From contig OZ024741.1 in NCBI GenBank assembly GCA_964016885.1, positions 367,970,001 to 368,034,000 on the forward strand: a DNA stretch of 64,000 nucleotides, in the 5' to 3' direction. The translations under genes were made by a program, and so were the position numbers. The DNA comes from Eledone cirrhosa (lineage: Eukaryota). Below the pieces are notes generated by a model. The model was not told the DNA's origin. It saw only the letters and a list, made by a program, of their open reading frames with translations, and made no database searches. The number at the start of each line of letters is the position of its first letter. Within the stretch, counting starts at the first letter, position 1. This document shows positions 1-11,527 of this stretch, one piece after another.

Positions 1-547
1 TTAACATAATGAGTACCTTTTTTAACTGTAGTCACCTCTATGTATACATTGGGAATCCACCTATTTTATATACACACACAAGTAGGCATACTTATGAACT
101 CAAACATTTACATGCACACAAACTACACACCCACTCCAAAAAACAGGGCCAATGTTTATATATACCCACCATTTCACCGATCACCACAAACACTTTATTT
201 TTTATTGAATCACCAGTCTGATGAGCAGATCAATACTGGAGTTGGGTCCATAACTTCTATGGGCGACCTTGAGCCACTCCTATGTGAACCACACGTAACA
301 GGTCGATCCACAATAAAAACATTAATACATGTAAATGAAACTTTGTTTTTCTTATTATACATACACACAGTAGTCCTCCACTCTGTTTCCATCTACCAAA
401 TTTCACTTACAAAGTATTGGTGAACCTGAAGCTATAGCATAAAACACTTGTCCAAAGTGCCTTGTTGTGGAACTGAACATAAAACCACATTACCATGCCT
501 GTGCTATAAGAAGAAGCAACAACAACAACAGTGTTGTAGTGTAGAGT

Positions 548-776
548 TTAACCCTTTAGCATTTAAACCGGCCATATCCAGCCAGAATTCTCTCACCTCT
601 TTCTGTTTAAACCAGCTGTAACTGGCCGTTCATACTGATGTTAAGGTATTGTTCTCAAAATAAATAATATCAAAATCTCATAGAGTCAATATTATGTGAG
701 ATAATTATGTGAGGTAAAGTGTTTACCATAAAAATATAATAGTATATATAGAGTAATGTAAATGCTAAACAGTTAA
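548..776 (+). mobile_element. piggyBac-type MITE family 1 (~210-230 bp)
   Basis: Family consensus TTAA|CCCTTTAGCATTTA ... TAAATGCTAAAGGG|TTAA (right TIR mutated in this copy). Further copies at ~27336-27500, 29006-29221, ~31300-31507, 54968-55196, 55378-55590, 58312-58521 and 63801-64000. Confidence 0.85.
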
Positions 777-989
777 CTCTCCCTAAAAGATTATCTCCCC
801 CCCCCCCCTCTCATACATACACACACTGACCTCATCTATAAACAATATATTGGTTATGAATATGATCTGAATAGTTCTGGTAATGGGGGTGGTGAAGTTG
901 AGTGATAAAGAAATATTATTGCAATATTGTAAATGTAACTTTTTTTTAAAAGATGGTAGGGAGTAACATTACTTGATTAAGTGTGTAGT

Positions 990-1310
990 TTGAAGATCAG
1001 AGAGTCACTCTAAGTAAAGCCACTACTTCTCTGAATTGTGAGATCAACAGCTCCGATACTATGGGTATGTGGTTAGAATGTATCAGGAAAGAATGGCTGG
1101 ACAGATTTTACAGGCAAAACCAACCGGCAAGAGACCCAGAGGTAGACTCTGAGCAAGATGGCTGGATGACACCCATGAGTTTGGCTGGTCTTGCTTGGGG
1201 TTCCAATTAGATCAATTGGAGTTGATTGCTTCTGACAGGACTCACTGGAAGGAGTGTTTGGGGTCTCTGCCCTCCTGACCCTCTCAGTAATAAGTGGGCA
1301 AAGAAGAAGA
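990..1310 (+). mobile_element. RTE (Expander-like) LINE 3' remnant
   Basis: Degenerate translation IRESL..QLRYYGYVVRM.QER...ILQAKPTGKRPRGR..RW.D..DR..W; (GAA)n tail. Confidence 0.8.
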
Positions 1311-2449
1311 CTGTTATTTTTAGTAGTTCAAATTATCTTGTAAAAAGCTGTTATGTGATTAAAGGGAGATTCAGCTGTAATAACCAACAGTTTGATTGAG
1401 AAACTGTAATGATGCCTGTGGTGGTAGTGGTGGGGTTTGTTGTGATTAGTGATAATGCTGATAGTGGTGGTGGTGGTTATTGTTGTTACATTGATGGTGA
1501 TGATGGTAGTGGTTGCTGTTGTGGTTACAATGATGATAATGGTAGCGGTGGCAATTGTTGTGGTTAGTGATGATGGAGGTATTGGTGGTGGTGATGGTCA
1601 CTGTTGTATTTACAGTGATGATGATGGCGGTTCTTGTTGTTGTTACAGTGATGATGATGATGTCTGGTATGTGGGGTAGGGGACCTTAAGAGGAAATACT
1701 CTATTAATACAACCCTGTAATGACTCACAACCACCTTGTACTCTCTCACCAGTCACTCTCACTATCACCACTACTGGCCTGTCTGTAAATGAACATTTTA
1801 TGAGAGAGAGATAGGGTGATAAAGACAGGGTAGGAGAGAGAGAAAAACAGGGTGAGAAAGGGGGGAAGAGACAGAAAGACAGAGTGAGAAAGAGTGGAAG
1901 AGACAGAGAGCAAGGGGGGGGGGAGACAGAAAGAGAAAGAGTCACATGGTGTAGTTGTTTATTATTGTCCACCAACATCACAACATGGCTACACATCCTG
2001 CCCACTCACATCCTTATTGACCTGCATATGTTTATTCTCAATCAACTCTAACACAAACACCCCTTTCTCTCCCTCACCCTCTCTCATACTAATATCCACA
2101 TTTCCACACACATGCACATGCACATACATACGTACACTCACACACACACTCTCACATACCTACAATTTCTCATACCTAAATGCACTCACACATGCACATA
2201 TTCACCCACATACAGACACTCATGCACCACCACAACTCATCACATGCTTTTTCTCCAAGAAATCTTTTTCCATTTCTTCTTCTTCTTCTCACTCTCCTCT
2301 ATCTTTCTATTTCTTTGATTTCTCATTCTATCTCCTGATGAAGGACTAATGTCCAAAATGTTAACTCTTTTCCTACTATATCAAGTGTTAAACTAATATA
2401 TATCTTCATTGTTCTGTATTGTTTACTTTGATGTTTTCCATTTACTTTT

Positions 2450-3030
2450 CGCTTACACCCAGGCTCTGGGTCGAGGAGGGTAAACTCTCCAAATAATGGT
2501 CTCCCCCTGACAGGTTTGCAGTCAAGCCTGTAGCAGTGGAGACTTCTGGTGTCCTTGGCCCTAGAACCAGCTCCCTACTCCCCACCATTGGCACTGAGTT
2601 GGCTACCCTCAGGTGTGAGCCTTGCGAGCTGAAATGGCTCTTCCAGCGTGTCTCCCTCACCATCCTTCAAGGAAAAACCTTCTCTATTCTGTCCGCCAGG
2701 GCTATGGAGCGGCCAGCATGTGGGCATCCATTTCCTTATAATAATAATTTCTACTTTTGGCACAAGGCCAGCAATTACCCAATACATTACTGGTACTTTG
2801 CCTTTCAACCTTACGGGGTCGATAAAATAAAGTTAACCTCGACGGGATTTGAACTCAGAATGGCAAGGGCTGTAACTCTATGCGTCAAAGCATGGTGTCC
2901 AACCCTCTACCGATACTGCCAATCCACCGCCCTTTTCCATTTCCTTATAATAATGAGAGATGGGGAGAATGGGAGAGATGGAAGCAGTGACAATGGGAAT
3001 TTGGTTCCATTGTGTTCGGACCTGGTGTAT
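2450..3030 (+). mobile_element. CRE-clade non-LTR retrotransposon 3' remnant (restriction-like endonuclease), interrupted by a SINE
   Basis: EE.KLSK...F...P.AVETSGVLG....L..IG..LA....E...WLFQRVSL.I.QG is the characteristic CRE REL C-terminus. A paralog lies at 13790-14200. Confidence 0.8.
2746..2935 (-). mobile_element. tRNA-derived SINE family A (~190 bp)
   Basis: A-box-like GGCGGTGGATTGGCAGTATCGG, B-box GAGTTCAAATCCC, (ATT)n tail, and a 19-bp TSD TCCATTTCCTTATAATAAT at 2727-2745 and 2936-2954. Confidence 0.9.
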
Positions 3031-3557
3031 ACATATATATTTATTTACCACACCAATCTGAATGCTTACATCAAAAGAATTAAGGATGTAGTAGTTATAA
3101 TAAAGTATTTGTTCCAGTTTCCTGAGTTCAAATCTCACCAAAGCTTTGACTTTTATCCTTTCGAGGTTGATAAAATAATGTAGTAATTCAGCATAGTCTA
3201 TTGATGGAATAAGTAGTGTGTTGATTCCAATGCTGTGTAGTGTTGATTCTTGGATCTTTGCATTCTGAGTTCAAATCCCACTGTAGCTTACTCAACTAAA
3301 CATTAAAGATAAACACAATCACACATACTTATACACAAACACTCACACTACCAAAGAGTTAAGATAGGAGATTGTAAATCTGTAACAAGAGTATGCTTTG
3401 TTTACAACAGTGGTCCCCCTCCCCCACACCTCTATGGAGGATGCTTGTATATATATGTTGGCATGTATGTATCATCATCATCATCATCATCATCGTCGAC
3501 TGTTGGGATTTTCATTGCTGTCAACCCCTTCATCACTGTATGTGTTCTATCTATATG

Positions 3558-3620
<63 letters not shown>

Positions 3621-5738
3621 TTGTATGTATGTGTTACCAATCCTCCATACATCCATCTTGAAGAGAATCAACGAGTTGCCTTGTTTTAACAACCCCACCC
3701 ACCCACACAAACACACAAGGAGTATTGGGGTGGGGGGGATAGTGCCCTCTCGTGTTTGCATGTGTGTGTGTGCACCCAATACAGAGTAAAAGGGATGAAC
3801 ACAAACAAAAAGTATCTCTTGTTTATAACAATACAGAGCAACTCAACACTTTTAGTTCCAATTAATCCTTATGGGGCCATATTTTAAACTAAATATCCTA
3901 TGGTTGTCAAGTTTTGCTCCCTTCAGGACCTTCTCTGTGGTCTCATATATAGCCTTTGTGCTTCCATCCCTCACCTCGCCAGATGTCACATGGGATGGAA
4001 GCAGAAAGGTTACTAAGGTTAGTTAGTGATCTAACTATATTTGGGACTTTAAGGCCAACTCAAATTCCTCAAATGTGCTTTTAAGAATGTCTCACCAGGA
4101 TTCAAACTCCTGGAATGTAACTCTGGAAACTGTTTTGTTACTATATTTTGGAAGGATTTTGGAGTATAAGTAAGTAACTTATTATTAAGATGTTGTTTGG
4201 AGCATAGCTTAACAAATCTTCTTACATAAAATACTGATGGAAGGCTTTTGGGTAAATATAAACACATATACACATGTATACACACGCGCGCGCACACACA
4301 CACACACACGCACGCACGCACGCACGCGTGTGTTCATGCCTGTTGTAACAGGAATGAACAACATCCCTTCAACAGCAGACATATAAAAAACTAAAAACAA
4401 AAAGAAAAAGTTTACATTTTTAGCACCTGTCTGACAACAATACATTGAATAACTCTTACATAAGGACATGTTAATTCCTTTGAAATCTACATAGTAGGTG
4501 TGATGTAAGACAACAAACTGTAGTTGAATATGTAAAAACCATCTCTCTTCTCTTCCTTTAATGTCAGTTCCTCCCTGCTAGAAAAGGCTGGACGGGTCAT
4601 CATTGACTGCTCAGTACTCCGAGTGGATCATGGGGGAGAGGACATTTTATCGTTGTACAAAAATAAGGGAGGTTCTCATGTCTATGGCACAACTGAAGAG
4701 TCCTCACAGCTCTTTGTTTGGAAGGTTTTTCTACTGCAGCATGCTCTTTCTATCTGCAACCACCATACAGAGTGTACTGGGTGCATTTATGAAGTCCTCA
4801 TTTATGGAGGGACTTGCCAGCGTGAGTGGAAAGGTGACCTCTGACAGTGTGGAAGGTACTGTGGTGATAAAAGCTAAACAGTTATAACTGGTGTTTTGGG
4901 GTTTTAGATTGGGGATCTAGAGTTGAGTGTAAAAATGGGTTGTAACCCTAGATAGAGTAGGGGTGAGGATGTTCAGTGATTTTGGGAATAGTTATTGTGG
5001 GGTGGGGGCTGTAGTGATAGTGAGGATAGTTACTAAGGTGTGATAGTGAGAGTGGATATATCATGGGTCAGATCATAAACATTACTATTATTTTTTTTAA
5101 TGGAAAGTTTGTGGGGTCTTAGTGGTCCCTGTATAGTTTCTATAGAGGCTGGGATACTGTCTGTTTTGCACATAAAAACAGACAAAAACAAAATATGATA
5201 TAGATGCATTAACAAATATCACTTTAAAAGATATAGCATAAGGACATATAGTATATATGTAGGATTAATGGCAGTGCTCCACACTGGCCGCAACCCAATA
5301 ACTGGAACAGGTGAAAGAGTAAAAGTGTATACATACATATCTACACATATAGCACACATACATATTTATATATATCACAGATACAGACATACAGATAATA
5401 CATATGTATATACACACACACACACACACACTCGCTGTCGGTCCCACATATACACACACATAAACTATCTTTAATCCAGATGTTATGTCAAAGGCTAGAT
5501 CCAAATTTTGGTTACTTGAATTTTCATTTCATGGGAAGTGGTTTTATTTCAGATATCTCTGAGTTATTTCTGTCTGTAGACCCCCCCTCTCTCTTTCTCT
5601 CTCTCTCACCCTTGGACCTCACACACAACTAACCTCAGATACCATAAATGATAATATTTATCATTAACCAACTGCTACATATATATGTATGTGTATATGG
5701 AATCTGTGCATATATATATAGTTGTACATGCCTGTCTG

Positions 5739-5783
<45 letters not shown>

Positions 5784-5815
5784 TATATATATATATATGA
5801 AGTGTTTCCGTAGGA

Positions 5816-6077
5816 AAGGTAAAGGAAAAGAGAGTACTCTATGTAGACTACAGAGCTTTTTAGTATATATGTCCTCATACGTATATATATATATATATGT
5901 GTGTATATGGGTATGTATGTGTATATACATATGTATGTATGTGTGTATATATATATATATGTATATATATACACACACATACATATGTACATACACATAT
6001 ATATATATATACGTACGAGGACATATATACTAAAAAGCTCTGTAGTCTACATAGAGCACTCTCTTTTCCTTTACCTT
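5816..6077. repeat. Inverted repeat with ~70-80-bp arms around a TA/TG microsatellite
   Basis: aaggtaaaggaaaagagagt.ctctatgtagactacagagctttttagtatatatgtcctc.tacgta and its reverse complement. Confidence 0.9.
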
Positions 6078-6268
6078 CAATACTTGTATATATATATATA
6101 CAATTATAATAGAATATAAAAGAAAAACGAACACAGATATATACATATATGTGTTCAAATTACAAGGGACCGGATTCGCTAAGGTGAAAAGAATACTAAC
6201 TATAGACAATACTCAATTTAAGAAAAAATCAAGAAAATAAATACAAACCGGAATTGTGGTAACTACCA

Positions 6269-6346
6269 ATCACCCAGACAACTTGGTGTTGTTTCGCAAT
6301 GTTAATTGTGAATAGAATTACCAATTCAAGCTCATCAGTGGGTGAT
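6269..6346 (-). ncRNA. Type I hammerhead ribozyme motif (complete core)
   Basis: Minus strand: stem I AUCACCCA/UGGGUGAU (8 bp), CUGAUGA, stem II closed by GC/GC, GAAA, stem III ACAAC-ACCAA-GUUGU, GUC cleavage triplet. Confidence 0.85.
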
Positions 6347-6652
6347 GAATTAGTATCCTAGACACTTCTATGTATATTAAGGAACTGAATAGTGTGCTAT
6401 ATATAATAGCGCACATGGTATCTTAGCGTGTCTCACAAACTTACACCACTAAAAATAGTAGCCAGGTTTATTTGACATTTGAATTAGCTCAACAAATTAA
6501 CGGAGCCGAATATATCAAAGGTATATATTGAGTTAGGAACTCAAAATAGTCTCATACAACAAAATAGCTCTAAGAAAAAGATATTTCCGAGCCGTATATT
6601 ATAACAGAATATAAAAGAAAAACGAACACAGATATATACATATATGTGTTCC

Positions 6653-6830
6653 CAGTATCGGTAGAGGGTCGGACGCCTTGCTTTGACGCATAGAGTTACG
6701 GCCCTTGCCATTCTGAGTTCAAATCCCTCCGAGGTTAACTTTGCCTTTCATCCTTACGAGGTCGATAAAATAAAGTACCAGTAATGCACTGGGATAATTG
6801 CTGGCCTTGTGTCAAAAATAGAAACAATTA
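6653..6830 (+). mobile_element. SINE family A copy (5' clipped)
   Basis: Near-identical to 2746-2935 and 50877-51060. Confidence 0.88.
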
Positions 6831-6930
6831 TTTTCCCGTTACATTTTGTCCGTTATTTTATTTCAGCCTCGCTTTCAATTGTTCTAGACTTTGTTTTGAA
6901 ATCCATATCTCACATCCATTTTAAATAAAT

Positions 6931-7002
6931 TTTCATTCTGACGAGCGAATCAGACGTCTGTGTCAGGCTCGTCTGTCTTCGTGAAACCTTTGCTAAATGA
7001 AA
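6931..7002 (+). ncRNA. Type I hammerhead motif, stem III damaged
   Basis: UUUCAUU / CUGACGA / GCGAA..UUCGU / GAAA CC UUU GC UA / AAUGAAA, with a C-C mismatch at 15.2-16.2. Confidence 0.65.
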
Positions 7003-7027
7003 TAATTATCTTATGTTGTTTATTATA

Positions 7028-7067
<40 letters not shown>

Positions 7068-7159
7068 TATATTATGTTATGTTATTATGGGAAAGAGAAA
7101 AAAATAGTAAGCAAAAGAAAATATATTTGAAACGTTTTAAATTATGTTAGAAAATTCTT

Positions 7160-7640
7160 GAATTACTTGCGGCAGATAGGGAAACATGGTGAGCTACAAT
7201 TTGGAGTGGTGTTAAAGATTTTGAGCTTGACAGAGTTTAGCATGTTGAAATGAAAAGAAAAGTTTTTTAAAAATGAGATTAATAATAATAGCGTTGGGAG
7301 TGAATCGCATTCTTTCTTTAAATGTTCCTTATGCACAAAAGTATGCATATCTCACACTCATCTGAGGTCACACCATGTGGGTAAGGCAAACATGAATTAT
7401 TGGAATTTCATTCCAGATGGCCAGTTTCAATGCCATGTTTGTCAAAAACCTGCAAATTATGTAAAAGTTTGACATGGCACTTGAGCATTCATAATAAACA
7501 AGTGGAAAATAGAGCCAATGCTGAATTGAGTCATCACTGCAGTATTTGCAGTCAGCTCTTCAAATGCCTTTTAAGGCTCATCTCGCAGTAAGAAAGAGCA
7601 ATTATAGAACATCAAGCTCTGCAAGGAACAGACAATCACC
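7160..7640 (+). mobile_element. RTE (BovB-type) LINE 3' remnant with decayed C2H2 fingers
   Basis: LAADRETW*..I.SGVKDFE..R....KR followed by FKCSLC..VC.S...LRSH, FQCHVC.K.C....LTWHLSIH and HHCSIC; contains stops and frameshifts. Confidence 0.7.
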
Positions 7641-7767
7641 ATATATATATATATATATAGATATATATAAATATGTTAGGTTATATTAGAGTTTATCTGA
7701 TTGTTATACATTGAAACATACTTAGAGTAAAATTATGTTATAAGTCTAAATTGGTTATTCACTCTTA

Positions 7768-7803
<36 letters not shown>

Positions 7804-8040
7804 GTATATATATAAGTAGAAGGGGTATTTAATTTGTTGTAAATCCGATAAATATAAATGTTTATAACTGATTTAGAGCACTCAACAGTTTCCTGGAGTA
7901 AATATTCAATGATATTTTTATTTATCTACTTATAACAGAAGAAAAATATTATATTTTAAACAACTAATAATCGTAAAATATCCTATTAATATAAATACAC
8001 ATATTATTAAGATATATATTTACATATATACATAGATAGA

Positions 8041-9240
8041 TTTCTTTATTTACCATAAAGGCATAAAAAGAAGGGACAAATACAAAGGGGGAGTTTACAT
8101 ATAATCGAGTAAAAAGGGTGTAACATGAAAATAATCGAAAATAACCTCAAAAGGGAGGGGACGTGATGGGGGTTGCACACACCCCCGAAAAAGTGTGCAA
8201 TCCTTTGCCCGGGGAGCACATGGAGAAGGTGCTCCCCTCTCCTTTACTTCTTTACCTACAGGATGGTATACAGAGAAGGCCCATTTACACGAGCCATTCT
8301 CGCCACTATCACCCACCTTTCATAAAACTGCCTGTGGCCAAGCACCTCTCTCTCCATTCTTATCCTTCTTCCGAAGTGATATCGGAAGAAGTAGACCAGA
8401 CTATGGCCAGAGAGGAAGTTGCCTGACCTCAGACCTTTCAATCGTGTCCACCAAACAACCTCTTTCAACATGGCTATTACGCACAGAAAAACCGCCTTTG
8501 CTTCCTTTGTGAAGAGGGGAGGCGGTTTGATTGTCATCACGGACTCGGCTGTCAATTTAATCGGCGCCACCCGCGACAGCAGTTGTTCGGCGTAGCCCCA
8601 CAGATCAGCCACGCCCGGACATTGCACCAATGCGTGCGCCACGGTTTCTTCGTGACGCACGCATCTAGGGCAAATCTTTTTTGAGGGATCCCTGCCCGGG
8701 CGCCCGTGTCTGTAGAGCCTCTCTCGAACGGGTAGAGCCCCTCGGTAGCACTGCCAGGCCAGTGACTTCTGGAAGTTGTCCATTGGTCCTGGGCCGAAAG
8801 TCCTACCGAACAGGCTGGCCAGTTCGTCTTCTTCCATGTCCAGCGACTCTCCAAGGGTGTCATCGCCCCTGCTAGCCACCAGCCCTCTATAGAATGATGA
8901 GGTGGATTCTCCACCGATGGCCCGGCCCGCTTGCCAGAGAGCCCTGAGCGCCTGAGCACACTCAGTGTGCCAGTCTCCCAGTTTTCCGGATCTTTGCTTG
9001 ACCCAGGACTGTAGCTCGGTGAGTGAGACGAGTCTCGGAAAGGCTCGTTTCACGAACGGAGCCCACACCGGTTGACCAGTGAGGAATACCTGTAGGTGCC
9101 GTAGCCTTAATGCGTGCCTACGCATCATCAACCACGGCATCCCCAGCCCTCCTTTCGAAGGTTGTTGGCAGCAGATGGATCTTCTCACCATAGGAGGACG
9201 CTTCTTCCAAAGAAATTGGAAGAGCATGCGTTCCATGGTG
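8041..9240 (-). mobile_element. 5'-truncated L1/Tx1-clade non-LTR retrotransposon (ORF2 C-terminus plus 3' UTR)
   Basis: ORF 8256-9296 contains the Tx1-type motifs FLW..K...V.RS.CCQ....GGLGMP, W...RGALPV..RL and the zinc knuckle CPRC....ETVAHALVQCP. It is GC/CpG-rich and ends in AATAAAGAAA next to a (TA/TCTA) tract. Confidence 0.9.
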
Positions 9241-9683
9241 GTATTGTTCGAATATATTTCCCTCAAATTAACGTTATATGAGTTTTTTTTATTCATCTTC
9301 GCTTTTTTCCTTCTCTCTCTCTCTCACTATTTTGTCCTTCTCTTCTCTCTTCTTTCTCTCAAAGTCGTTTAAATAAACGGTTGTTTTTCAATTATTTACA
9401 TATTCATTGGCATATTCACCCATGAGTTTGAAAAATCCCTAATACATTTCCACTATCCAGAGAATATCCAACTGATAAGGTATGATTTTCTTGGGTATGT
9501 CTCTATTTATAAAACAAACTTTGTATTTTATCTGAAGAAAGCGTACCAAAGTCTTTTGGTACCCTTGAAATATATATAATAAAATAAATATGGTTTTATA
9601 AATATAGTTTCCATTTATTTAATATCATTGTATATATATATATATGTCAATATATATATATATATGTCAATATATATATATAT

Positions 9684-10140
9684 ATATTGTTATACTTTGG
9701 GAGGGTCATGTTGCCAATAAGAAACACACGCACCAGTTGCTTTCATTTCAATTTATTATAATAAATTTATAAATTTCCGGTTGGTTGGTTGGTTCCACAA
9801 CCAGATGGTTGTTTATATATTGTCAAAGTTCTTTCGTCACACATTCTGTGACCTCTTCAGTGACTGGGGGTTCTTTTCTTTGTTTTTTGTACCTCTCCTT
9901 TGTTCTGTCCTATGCCATCTTGTTTTTGTCGTGTGACGAAAGAACTTTGACAATATATAAACAACCATCTGGTTGTGGAACCAACCAACCGGAAATTTAT
10001 AAATTTATTATAATAAATTGAAGTGAAAGCAACTGGTGCGTGTGTTTCTTATTGGCAACATGACCCTCCCAAAGTATAACAATATCGGTTTCAACACACG
10101 TTTTCAGATAAAGAATCTTGCTAAACAAATTCAGAAACGA
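9684..10140. repeat. Fold-back element: ~155-bp inverted arms (9684-9842 / 9931-10085) plus tail
   Basis: Arms are near-identical reverse complements; flanked by (TA)n on both sides. Confidence 0.92.
9822..9864 (-). ncRNA. Minimal hammerhead motif within a fold-back element
   Basis: GUCA / CUGAAGA G / GUCAC-AGAAUGU-GUGAC / GAAA G AA C UU / UGAC; 2-bp stem III and one extra purine after the core. Confidence 0.6.
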
Positions 10141-10165
10141 TATATATATATATATATATATATAT

Positions 10166-10352
10166 AGAAAAAGAGATGAAATCAAAAATGCAACTGGAGT
10201 CTTATTTTTTTTTTAAATATATATATTTATTTGGTTCCTAAAAAAATAAGACTCCAGTTGCATTTTCGATTTCATCTCTTTTTCTTTATACTTTCACTCG
10301 TGTAGGACACCTCGGTTATTTTTCATTTTGTAAAAAAAAACTCACTTTCTAA
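10166..10352. repeat. Fold-back element: ~45-bp arms (10166-10211 / 10240-10285) plus tail
   Basis: agaaaaagagatgaaatc.aaaatgcaactggagtcttattttttt and its reverse complement; (TA)n-flanked. Confidence 0.9.
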
Positions 10353-10369
10353 TATATATATATATATAT

Positions 10370-10704
10370 ATATTAAAATACAAATATTAATAAAATAGAT
10401 GTTCTTTTGATCAATTACATTTTATTATACATATTTCGGAGGTACAACAGTACATACTCATCAGACAAAATATATGATTAAATCTTAACCATTTAACATC
10501 TCAGGATATGTCATGTATCATTATATTTTGTCTGTTGTACCTCCGAAATATGTATAATAAAATGTAATTGATCAAAAGAACATCTATTTTAGTAATATTT
10601 GTATTTTAATATTAATAATTCTGGAAAATTATTTTTCCGTAAGAGTGCTTCCAATCTACTGTAAAACTCATTCTTTGATATACTCATTGAATCTTGTTTA
10701 ACTC

Positions 10705-10710
<6 letters not shown>
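10370..10710. repeat. Fold-back element: arms 10370-10478 / 10517-10611 plus tail
   Basis: Reverse-complement arms; the right arm lacks 14 nt of the ribozyme core; (TA)n-flanked. Confidence 0.9.
10416..10474 (-). ncRNA. Minimal hammerhead motif within a fold-back element
   Basis: UAUAUUUUGU / CUGAUGA G..GUAC UGUU GUAC..C / GAAA UAUGUA UA / AUAAAAUGUA. Confidence 0.65.
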
Positions 10711-10772
<62 letters not shown>

Positions 10773-10828
10773 GACGTAAAATAAGAAAATTTTAAAAATT
10801 AAAAATTAACTTACTTACTAAAATTTTC

Positions 10829-10910
10829 ACTCCAACTAATTAGTTTCTGTAAGGGAGTAAATAGAGTTACGTAATGTAACTACAGAGAATTCCTTACGTC
10901 ATCAGGGAGT
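10829..10910 (-). ncRNA. Type I hammerhead motif with long stem II and palindromic stem III
   Basis: ACUCC / CUGAUGA / c-GUAAGG...AGUUAC AUUAC GUAACU...CCUUAC-a / GAAA CUAAUUAG UU / GGAGU. Confidence 0.75.
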
Positions 10911-11123
10911 CTATTCTCAGCTAAGTTATATATATATGTGTGTGTGTATTAAAGAAGAGATATGTATCATAAGAAAGGAGGAGAGGGAAAAAAAGTGTGA
11001 TACAGTATACTAGACGCCAATAGCCGAAGCGAGGTGTGTTCACTGCTTAAGGGTGCAGTGTTAAATATTATAGAAAGGTTGATATTTAATGAAGATTAAG
11101 CGCAGAAGGTGAACAGAGCAAGT

Positions 11124-11373
11124 ATAAACAGAATAAATGGAGGAGAAAGTAATACGTTTAAAACCAAACTTTACATCTTGCACAGTGTTTCATCTATACA
11201 ATAACAAGTAACAGTTCACACACATATTTGTGCATGTACAATGTATATGTGTGCGTACATGCACAAATATATGTGGGAACTGTTACTCGTTATTGTATAG
11301 ATGAAATACTGTGTAAGATGTAAAGTTTGGTTTTAAACATAATTGCCTTCTCCTCCATTTATTATCTGTTTAT
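11124..11373. repeat. Fold-back element: ~116-bp arms, 15-nt spacer
   Basis: 11124-11239 versus 11255-11373 are reverse complements with scattered mismatches. Confidence 0.9.
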
Positions 11374-11440
11374 TTATATATATATATATACACACACGTG
11401 TAACTTTATATCACTTTGGAAAACTTATTGTCTAAATTTG

Positions 11441-11527
11441 AGCTAACTTCCTGAAGAGTCCGGTGCTCTAGGTGTCCAATGCTATCGGATATCTTAAAAT
11501 GCGGACGAAACCATGGTAGAGGTAACT
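11441..11527 (+). ncRNA. Type I hammerhead motif with palindromic stem III
   Basis: ACUUC / CUGAAGA / GUCCG..CGGAC / GAAA CCAUGG UA / GAGGU; GUA triplet. Confidence 0.75.

Noticed and set aside
218-345. CTGATGAG ... GAAAC hammerhead candidate
   Set aside because: The motifs are ~110 nt apart and I could not form stems I and II.
2335-2366. CTGATGAAGGAC-TAAT-GTCC-AAAATG hammerhead-like remnant
   Set aside because: GAAA is mutated and there is no stem I, so it is not called as a feature; probably a dead relic.
2536-3183. 215-aa ORF
   Set aside because: Chimera of a CRE remnant, an antisense SINE and flanking DNA.
7320-7590. Host C2H2 zinc-finger gene
   Set aside because: Frameshifted and contiguous with an RTE C-terminal signature.
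9300-9484. Possible 5' UTR exon ending AAG|gtatga
   Set aside because: Only a donor-like motif and a CT-rich tract; the ATG is followed by an early stop, and it cannot be supported without transcripts.
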